Shown: positions 54,595-64,000 of the stretch, in pieces | How positions within the stretch are numbered: the first letter of the stretch is position 1 | How the letters are laid out: the number at the start of each line of letters is the position of its first letter | NCBI RefSeq assembly: GCF_009914755.1 | Contig: NC_060929.1 | Reading direction: 5' to 3' (one strand) | Length of the DNA: 64,000 bases | Origin: the human T2T-CHM13v2.0 reference genome, Homo sapiens | Program-made: the position numbers and the translations under genes | The notes under the pieces: model-generated | Database searches by the model: none | What the model saw: only the letters and a program-made list of their open reading frames with translations | Told to the model about the DNA's origin: nothing

Positions 54595-55140
54595 CTCAGT
54601 ACTTGTACAATTGCAAATGAAAGAATTCTGACTTAACCTCAAAAAAATGATAGAAAGGTCCAGGCCTGGCTGAATCCAGAGCTTCATGACCGGGGCTTCC
54701 TTCTACTCAAGGAAGTTTACATTCTTTGACTCCATGTAGAAACAGGATGGATATCTATCATGCTTTCCCTTCTCACTTTGTTCAGGGCCTGCATTTCCCA
54801 CCTGGAAGCTCCTGGCATCCATCCTATGTTCTATCAATCTCAGCAGAGAAAAGGCTTTCCTTTTCCAGTGATTCCAACAAACACCCTGTCACTGAGTCTT
54901 ATTAGATCTTTTTGACCTAGCCTACATATCATGGCTGTCCCTGTCCTCTGTGGCCAGAGAAGTACCATGCTTTGTTTGGCCATGGTGGAATCAGGTGTTC
55001 ACCTGTGCAGGTGGGAATGGAGACAACCCTCGGGAACCACATGGGTTGGGAGTGTGAGTGAGTTGCCCCGCTAAAGGAAAACTAGAGGATTGTTGGTGAA
55101 GGTAGAAGGTGGTAGATGAGAGTTCACTTGCCCACCACCG
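54595..55140 (-). mobile_element. MLT1K-like MaLR LTR
   Basis: ttgcaaatgaaagaa...gaaaggtccagg...ggctgaatccagagctt...ctgtggccagaga...tttggcca...aaggaaaactagagg. Confidence 0.6.
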
Positions 55141-55379
55141 CTGTGGTAGAGCTGAGATCATAGCATAGATCTTTAATTTCAAATGAATGCTGTTTCTAAT
55201 GCTTCATGTTACTTCTCTTTTGTCCTTGATATGCCTTTAAAAATAACAGCTATTAAGTTTTTGCTTAATTCTTTTTATTTTACCATGGCAATTAGTGGTG
55301 GATGGGTGGCCCAAGGAATTTTCTGTTTTCCAAGTGGGTAGGACTGTTTTTATTTACTACACTATTTGAGAAGACACAT

Positions 55380-55570
55380 GCATAGCTGTTAGAGGCCCTA
55401 CTTTTGACATCAGAAAATGGGTTCAGATCCTGATTGTTATTGAATGACTTTGTATGACTTTGGGCCAATTGCCTTACTCCAGTCCCCTCCTTCATAGGAT
55501 TTTTTTGAGGATTAATTGAAAGCATATGATACAGAAAATGGTCTCAGCACAGTTGCTAGCTCCTAGTATT
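55380..55570 (+). mobile_element. MIR SINE fragment
   Basis: tgggttcagatcctg...tgtatgactttgggc...cataggatttttttgaggattaattga. Confidence 0.65.
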
Positions 55571-55897
55571 GCTTTTCTCTTCCTTAACTTGATTTACTCG
55601 CAAGGATTATTTAAATTACAAAATTCCTTAAAACATGGGATGCATAGATTAATTGACAGTAAAGGAATCTGTGAAAACATTTCTTCAATTAAATCTATTG
55701 CATAAAGAAAAAACCACCTGATTTACAACTCATTATTGTGATGAAAGTGTCATTAGTAATTGTTGGCAGCATATACAAGCCACAGTGAAATGCCAAAGAA
55801 GATCTCAGAAATAAGGAAAATATTTCAGTCCTCTGAGAGTCAAAGAGGTAAAACTCATCACATAACGGGTCTTCAACAACACTTTTCTTATAGATCA

Positions 55898-56245
55898 TGT
55901 ATTAATTAAGGCAATGCAAGCTGTGGTAACAGAAAAACTTAGATTTCCAGTGACATAGTGTCTCTCACGCTCACTATGGTCCAATGGCCAAAGGTCCAGT
56001 CTTCTTTCTTATTATTTAGGGCTCTTCCTTAGATCATCAGCTTCCTCTCCATTCAGCCATGGCAAAGTCACCCTTGTTTCTCGATTACTGAGCCAAGAAG
56101 TGACTTACGTCACTCCTTTCCATTAATGGTCAAGTAGCCCTTCCTAGATGCAGGTACTAGGAAAGTGAGTCCTAATAGCAACTCTTCAAAATGACAGGTA
56201 GGAATTACAAAATCTTTGTGGGTCAAGCTGATCATACCTGCTGCA
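55898..56245 (-). mobile_element. Old MLT1-family MaLR LTR
   Basis: tgtattaattaaggcaatgcaagctgtggtaacaga...ccaagaagtgacttacgtcactcc...ctaggaaagtgagtc. Confidence 0.55.
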
Positions 56246-56987
56246 GCTCTACCCCACTAGATCTACTACACGTCCTGTGATCTACGAATCTACGGGCATC
56301 TTGAGAAGAACCACTGTGTCTTACTTAGCATTGCCTCCAATGCACAGCATAGTACCTGGTTCATAAATGTTTTCTAATTGAACAAAGGTATCAATAAAAA
56401 AACTAACAGATAATCAGGCTAGGCCTCGAAAATAATTTCTAGACAAAAATTTGCAACCACTTGAAATCCATATTTTTCTTTTCCTGGTCTCTGTCCAACT
56501 TGTCTGATATGGAAGTAAAAGTAGGGTAATGTAACCCTAATAGCCCCTGACCAGAGAACTCCCAAGTAAGAGCTACCCATTGTGGGAAGCCAGAACTAGT
56601 CGTAGGTCAGTGGCTGCTTCACCCTCATCCCAATTGCTGGCCTATTTACAAAGTTAAACTCACTTCATTCCTCGACTTGAATGGATGAGGAGCCAGAGGT
56701 AATCCTGGACAGGTGGAAGGAGTGGATTCCAACATTTCTTCTCTGGATCGCCCAGCCAAGTTTGGCTGCTCCTGGTCCATGGGTCTGTCCTCTTCCAGGT
56801 TGGTTGGACACTTTGAATGTCCTGTGCTTAATGATTATTATAGCATCCACATAAAGTCATTTGGGTTGGTTTTCTTTGCTGCTGCTTTGATCGTGTTGTT
56901 TAGATTCCAGCCCGCTTTCTCTCATAAACCATCTTAGTATGTGCTTTCATTTGTTTATTTTCAGAGCCAACAATATTCTTTGGTACT

Positions 56988-57200
56988 AAAGGTAGTTTAG
57001 AGAAGTAGTTAAGAATATGCTGTCTGCAGTCAGACTGCCTTAATTCAAATCCTGGCTCAGCTTACCAGCAGAATGAAATGGGACTTTAATAAGAGCTCCT
57101 TCTCTAGCAGGTTATTATTTAAAAATAGTACTCAGCACAGTGCTGGAGACATAATATGTACTTAATAAATGTTAACCAGCATCGTTTTTATTGTCATTAT
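56988..57200 (+). mobile_element. MIR SINE (internally deleted)
   Basis: gtagttaagaatatg...gcagtcagactgccttaattcaaatcctggctc...gtacttaataaatgttaacc. Confidence 0.75.
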
Positions 57201-57844
57201 ACAATTTTCATACTTTACCATTTTAAACAGGACTAGATCCCATTAGAGTTTACAGATAAAGAAATGACATCAAGACAGTTGAGTTTCCCATTGCCTGGTT
57301 TCTTGATTTAACCTCTATCTCAGTTCTTTGAGTGTACTTTTTGTTATTAACAGACAAAATAAAAAGCAGACTTTTTTTTTTAAAGATATGATGGAGCCAT
57401 GCCCCGGCTTTGATTCCTGCACAGAGCTTCCGTTCGTGTCAGTGCGATTTCTCTGCATGGATTGATGGCAGAATACGGTCTGTTTCTAAGACTGTTTAAA
57501 GCAGGGCACAAAAGAAATCACACTGGCTGAGTCCACAGCTGGCAAAATGGGAGAGACTAAGCTGGTGAAAGAAGCTGTTAATACAGACCAGAAAATTTTT
57601 AAGCTAAAAAAAGGAACATGCCCACTGAAAGTCTGAAAGCAAAAGTTTTATTTGGGTAAAGCGATGTTCGACTCTGCATGATTCCTACTTAGAAAATGCA
57701 CACGCTTGCCTTCTCCAACTGCCAGAACATCATTTTTTAACACAGAGGAACGAAAATAGAGAGAGGAATAATGGGCTTTCAGATAGTCCATGCCGAAAAG
57801 CAAACCTAGAAACATAAACGTTGCAGTGCCTGGACCCTTCAGAT

Positions 57845-58075
57845 TATAAAACAGGGAACTGTTCTCGTCACCCCTCAGTCCCAGAGGTGCCTCCGCCATC
57901 TTGCACCATTTCTGTGGGAACCAATATTATTAGCAACATAGATTCCAACAGAGACATGACGTTGTGGAAAGAGGAGGCGCTCAGTTTCCAAGTCACTTTT
58001 TGGCACTCCTTTCTCTAACCTTCTCCGCATAGGATCCCTGCAAAGACCTTTGCCCTAAGCCCCCAGGTGGCAATA
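57845..58075 (+). promoter_or_regulatory. Candidate core promoter/insulator motif cluster (TATA, Inr, YY1, CTCF-like)
   Basis: TATAAAA 57845-57851; TCAGTCC initiator with the A at 57877; CCGCCATCTTG 57893-57903; CCCCCAGGTGGCAAT 58060-58074. These are motif matches only. Confidence 0.3.
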
Positions 58076-58669
58076 TTCCTATGGGGCAAACATTCTCTGA
58101 AAACAAGGCTTCTCCATCAAATGCTTTCTACATTGAATACAAAATGTTTCTCTATCACTGGCAGAGTAGGCATTCAGTGACCACATTGATTTTTCCTTAT
58201 TTGTAATCCAGTGAAAAATATTTTTGCCTTTCATTTTTCACCCCAACCCCCAGAATATGATTCAAAAATCTCATGGCCATGCATGTCTCTGCCAGAGGTT
58301 TCTATTTCTCTGTATCTCAATAGCTGCCCACAAGAATGTATTTGGCTTGGATTGTAAACCCCAAGTGTGTGAGCCTAGAGTCTTGGTAATATTCTTAGAA
58401 TTTATCTAGCAAAGCACTATGCCTTCAATAAAAGATCTTGAGTGATATTTTAGCTATTATATTTCAGTTTTTTGTATACTTTTGATTTCTCTCATACATT
58501 GTAAACTCCTAGAAACAGAAACTATTTTTTATATGTATGCAGGTGTGTATTTTTATAATCTGTGTATCTTATGTATAATGTAATACGGGTACACATTACA
58601 TATTGAAATATGTAAATATTCCACAGGATGGATAGCAAAGTGCTTTACATATAGTAAATTCTCATAGAT

Positions 58670-58826
58670 ATGAAATATATAATATATTATATATTTATAT
58701 ATAATATATTATATAGATTATATATTTATAATTTATTATATATATAATGTATATTTTTATATATTATAATATATAAATATATATAATGTATATTTTTATA
58801 TATTATAATATATAAATATATATATA
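58670..58826. repeat. (TA)-rich tract with 39 bp x2 perfect tandem duplication
   Basis: tatataatgtatatttttatatattataatatataaata at 58741-58779 and 58780-58818. Confidence 0.88.
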
Positions 58827-60429
58827 GAAATGAATGAGGATAATGGTTGTGTAATACACAGGAAAAACAATTGGAACCCTAAGTATGATGATCCCAAATT
58901 CTTCAATTAAGAATCAGGAAGAGAGATCTAGTCTTGATTTCAGCCCTCTCTGATCATTTAATGAATCAAACCTGTCTTGTATGACCGACATAGTGCTTAA
59001 GAAAGTTTGGAATGAGTGAGCTAGAATTAAAAACAAAACACATCTAGATTTCCAATTGCTCTTGAAACATCAGACAGCCTGACCGCTGGGCCACATCCCC
59101 ATGTGTCTCAGAGTCATGTGGAGTGCAAAGGCAGTTGACTCTTCAGATGGAACATACATTTTCCAGGGAGCCATCATCCCCACTCTCCATACTCCATCCA
59201 CTCTCTCATCATCCCTACTCACCTCCAGCAGTGAGGAAGAGTGTCACTTACCATTTACAAGATCAAGGTTGAAGTATTGTTTTTCCTGTGGTAAAGAGGA
59301 GAGTAAACTATTTGTTATTCCTATGCTTCTATCAAAAGTGGACAAGTGAAAAGCAGGTCAAGACAGCTGCAATTTCACAAAGCTGGCCTTGCTCGTTTAT
59401 GGGATCTTCCTAAGCCCTCTAGGCAAATAAATCTGCAAACCATGCCTTAAGTAAATCATAACAGCCCTGAGCCTTCATTACAGCCTCTTCCCAGCTCACA
59501 ATTTTCCTTTGAGGAAAAATATGGTTATGGCCATGATGTTGTCATTACAACCTACACAGGATCAGCCATTGCCTTTGGCTTACAGGTCATTCTGTGCAGC
59601 CTGGGACAGCCTGAGGATGAAGGCAGAGACTGGTGGCACATTTTGGGAGGAGATTCTTTCTGCTCAGGGCCCATTTCCCCATTATTGTTTGTAGCACAGG
59701 TGCGGAAAGATATTTGGAACATATCCCAACCAGAAGCGTGCATCAGGAGATGTGATCGTCACGTGTGGCTCCAGAGGGTTGCTCGAGACTTGAAGACAAC
59801 GTGTTCTGTCCACCTCACTGACTATAATAGCTCCTCGGGAGCCACAAAGAGCAGTTGTGTACATCCTTAAGTTTAAGGACTTCCTCCAGAGCTAGTGTTT
59901 CACACAGTAGAACATAATGGCTCCCTGGGAACGGTTACCAGAGGTCAGATAAATCTGCATGGGGGTCTTACTGCCTTTTTTGAAAAATGGAAAAAAAAAA
60001 AAAAAGGTGACTCATTTTTACCCCAGGAGGTACTGTTCTGTTAACAGGCATTTACATGATAATAGCGGTGTCAGCATGTGCAATGTTATGAAAAGAGTTT
60101 TGCTCTAGGTCCAGTAACATTTTCACGGTTTCTGCAGGAGCCTGCCCCTCTGAGGTTTCGGTCCCTGACTGAGCTTTCCAATTTGTCTCGTTCTTCCTTC
60201 TGCCCATCCTGCCACACACGAAGTATGCCAGGGAAGGAAATCTTTTCTTTTTGTACAAACACTTCCTGGATTCCCCAGGACCATTAGTAAATTATGAGTT
60301 CCAACTGGCTTTTAGAAATAGGCTGGGTGAAAGAGCCTGTCCTTGCTAGTAAAGCCTTGAGAGAGCTTTGCCCTTCATAGTTAAATTAAATTCTGATGAA
60401 TATTCTCACCTTCACTTCTGAGGTAGTTA

Positions 60430-60695
60430 GTGCAAGCTGGGCTTTGAGATCAAGAGAAAACCAAGTTCAAATCTGAACTCCACTACTTCCTACTGTATGA
60501 TCTTGAGCAAATGACTTAACATCTCTGAGCTTCTATTTTCTCATCTGTAAAAATGGGTTATAATAATAATAGCTTCATGGGATGGAAGAAGAGAGTTTTT
60601 GAGGTTTAAAGGAGAAAATAATGACAATTATTATATAGCCATACCTAGTAGATTATGCTAAATACTTAATAAATATATAGTAATATTATTATTTT
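60430..60695 (+). mobile_element. MIR SINE
   Basis: gggctttgagatca...ttcaaatctgaactccactact...tgatcttgagcaaatgacttaacatctctgagcttctattttctcatctgtaaaaatggg. Confidence 0.85.
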
Positions 60696-60797
60696 TCAAC
60701 TTACCTCTTTAGCCATTCTTTCATCTTTTTCTCCCTTTCTTTTTGCTAAAACCACATGTAAATAATGTATTATCTCTCGAACCATAGTTTATCCTTA

Positions 60798-61110
<313 letters not shown>

Positions 61111-62034
61111 AGCACTAAGAAGTAAGCAAGCATGACCAACTAGAGTACAAAGCATTGTATTGCAGCATAGCAAACTTTCTATTAGTCTTCACTTTCACTT
61201 CTGTATGCACCTTTCTGCTTGCTTGGAGAGAAATATCAGAAAAATGTTAATAAGCCCCAAATTTGAGAAGTAAGAATAGAAAAATGATAGACAGTGAGGA
61301 ATATCGCTTAGGGCTCCTTTCCCCAACAATTATTATTCCTGAATATTTAAATTCTATTTCTATCCACCTATTCAATTGAAGAATATATTACAGTAGCTAT
61401 GTCGCCCACCAGTCCACTCAGAACCCAGATAAAATCCAAAGCTGCCTCTACAAACACACATTACACAAATGCTACAGGTGGTACACGTTTGCCAAATAAA
61501 ACACTTGTTTGAGAAAAAATAAACATTTACTTTGGGCATGACAAATTACACGTGTTTACTTCAAAGTTGTGGCTTCTGCTGGTGAACCTGAAAGGGAAAT
61601 AAATTGTTTTGGTCCTGGCAGCTTAGGCAGAAAGGTGATAACAGGGTCACGTCATCAGTAGCAATTCCTCTACTAGGAAAATGTTAGGGAAAAATTACAT
61701 TTGTGATGGCTCCTTTACAATATGCATTTGCTATCAACATGATTGGCAATGATTCAGTAGGTGTTTGCTGATTCCTTCTGTGTTCCGGTTGCTGAAGTTA
61801 ATGTGGGTGTATATGACAAGGGTCAAATTCATGCAATAAAGAGTAAGATCTGGAAGAGTTTGAAGGAAGGAGAAAGAAGTAGGCAACTGTCTTGGGGACA
61901 TGTTTCACATGAAAGGTGAGTAGGAGTCAGATTCTTGGCACAAAGTTAGAAACACTGTGGAAAAGAAAAAGCTGCAAGGTCCCCTTGAAAGATAATTGGT
62001 GCAGGGAAGGGACATTTAGGCAAAGCAATGCTAA

Positions 62035-62292
62035 TGGGAACTTAAAGCACGTTACTAATGCAATATGGTTTCCTGGATTGCATCCTGGGACAGAAAAACC
62101 TGATGAAACCTACAGGTTAGTTACTAGTAATGTGCTGATATTAATTTCTTTCTTTTCACAGATGTACTGTGGTTAGGTAAGAGGTTAACATTGGGGAGAC
62201 TGGGTGAAGGTTTCTAGTGAACTCACTGGATTATTTTTATAACTTTTCTATACTCTAACATTATTCCAAAATAAAATTTTATTTTACAAACA
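62035..62292 (+). mobile_element. L1MC/MD-like LINE-1 3' end
   Basis: aatgcaatatggtttcctggattgcatcctgggacagaaaa...gttaacattggggagactgggtgaagg...attattccaaaataaaa. Confidence 0.75.
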
Positions 62293-62639
62293 AAATCAGG
62301 AATGAGTGATACTAAGTAGAGCAATTCATTAAGCTTACCTGAAATTTGGGTAGATGAGTGAAAATTACAGCTGAGATTGAGGGAAGGATTGGTGTCAGAT
62401 GAGAGAGTGACCTGAATGCCAGACTGGAGAATCCTCACCCTTAGGGAGGTGTTTTTGTTTTGTTTTTAAGCAAAGTAGTAATCTCACTGAAGTATGGTTG
62501 TAGAAAGATTAATGTGGTCAAAATGTGCAGGAAACACAGGTAAGAAATAGAGATTGGTACAGGTGGACAAATGAGGAAGCTCTTTTGCAGGAAAGTGTTT
62601 TGGGGAAAGATAATATTTATGCTTGCTTTTCCCCCTAAC

Positions 62640-63180
62640 ATCCTGAGAATTCAGTAATGGTGATATGTAAAATCAGATCTATTCTATCATCCCAGTGATT
62701 TGAGGCTTCTAAATGGGTTTTGGAAAAGATGTTAAGGGAGAAATCCACATTAAATTAAGTTAGATTTTGCAAGGGAATGACCAGAGAAGACCCATCTAAG
62801 GACCTCTCTATGGTAGAAATCTAGAGTGAGGATTGCAAAGGGGAGAAAAAAGTCTTGAAGGCAATGGAGAATGCAAGGTGGAGAAGCCACAAGAAGCACC
62901 AGGAAGGTACATTGCTCCCAAAAATAAAAGAAAGAAAGAATTTCCAAAAAAAAATGATGTGAACAATATTGTTAAATGCAGGAAAATAGTATACATTAAG
63001 GCAAACAGTAGCCACACATATATAATCAGGGAGGTAACTAATGACTGTCAAGAGAACTGTGTCACTGAAGTGAGGAAGACAAGCCAGATTTTCAAAACGT
63101 TGAGAAGACTTCGAGGCAATGTGCATAAGAAATTACTTCTTTAGAAATAAGGAGAGAAATAAGATGTCAAATGGTGGAGA
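62640..63180 (-). mobile_element. L2 fragment
   Basis: aatattgttaaatgcagg...ggaggtaactaatgactgtcaagagaactgtgtcactgaagtgaggaagacaagccagattt. Confidence 0.55.
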
Positions 63181-63389
63181 TACCTCTATGAGTAAGAATG
63201 CATTTTGTTCTTCTTCTTGTTACTTTATTACTATTTTTAAAGACAGAGTAGGTGGTTTTGGTGAAAGCAAAGGGAAAAGAAGTAGGAGACTATGGATGCT
63301 AGAGAAAGTAATGGAAAGGAAACAGTGACCTCCAGAAACTAGAGAGATAGAAACAAGGGCACTTACAAAGGGGTTGGTTTTGTCTCCAC

Positions 63390-63990
63390 TGACACCACCA
63401 TCTTGTCTCCTCCTCTGGCACCATGGTGGCCTCCTATCTAATCTAGTCATATCTACTCTTGATCCTCTTGATATATTCTTCACAGTTCAATTAGAATCTT
63501 ATCATGTGTTATCCTGCCTCTGACCCAAAACACCTTTTATGCAATTGTTCTTTGGATCAAGACCAAAATCCTACAAGGGGCTGCATGATCTACTCTGCAG
63601 CTTTAACTCAATCTTCTCTCCATGCTCTCTGGTTCCAGATGCACTGACTTGCTCTCTGTTTCTGCAAATCGCTGTGGGTCTTTGCACATATTGCTTACTC
63701 TTCCTTGCTCTTCCTTCTGTACCTTCATGTACTCAACTCGCAGCAATGAACTCAGTTAATATTAATACCTGAGTGATGCCTTTCATGATATCCTTAAGTC
63801 AATTCTCCCATTTATACACTCTTAGCATCTTTTTTACTTTCAAAGCATTTATCACAGTTCATTTGGGGTGCGTGTGTGTGTGTGTGTGTGTGCGTGTGCA
63901 GAATTGTTTGATTAATGTTTGTCTCTCCTGTAGAGTTGGGAGTGGCTCATGGCTGCAGGGATGCCATATCTTCTTCGTAGGAGATTGCCT
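63390..63990 (+). mobile_element. L2 3' region
   Basis: caccaccatcttgtctc...ggcctcctatct...ccaaaatcctacaagg...gggtctttgcacatattgct...gcatttatcacag...tgtttgtctctcc. Confidence 0.65.
63868..63898. repeat. (TG)n microsatellite
   Basis: Read directly from the sequence. Confidence 0.9.
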
Positions 63991-64000
63991 TAACATTCTT

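Noticed and set aside
53478-55140. Two MLT1K-like LTRs as a paired provirus
   Set aside because: Only about 600 bp separates them, containing a MIR and no MLT-int sequence, and the copies are very divergent from each other.

Overview
This is primate, most likely human, non-coding euchromatic DNA: AT-rich, CpG-depleted, and without a CpG island. I found no recognisable protein-coding gene. The supplied ORFs are short chance ORFs or fall inside repeats, and only one retains a decayed Tigger-type transposase HTH fragment (MER82). A large part of the window is interspersed repeats: about 11 Alus (J and S families, no AluY recognised), a 5'-truncated L1PA with target-site duplication (TSD), older L1M, L2, L3/CR1 and MIR fragments, MaLR solo LTRs (THE1, MLT1), LTR33, and hAT/Tigger MITEs. 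Repeat subfamily names come from recalled consensus sequences, not a RepeatMasker run, so ancient-repeat boundaries are approximate. The items most worth checking are: (1) candidate non-coding + strand exons with strong splice signals at 48793-48879 and 50491-50572, consistent with all six MaLR LTRs lying antisense; (2) a 1.2 kb micro-duplication hotspot at 25.5-26.8 kb that includes a triplicated Pol III B-box and a 128 bp templated insertion; (3) a second short templated insertion near 46.5 kb; (4) a TATA/Inr/YY1/CTCF-like motif cluster near 57.9 kb. I found no evidence for a genuinely new biological system; these are hypotheses to test.
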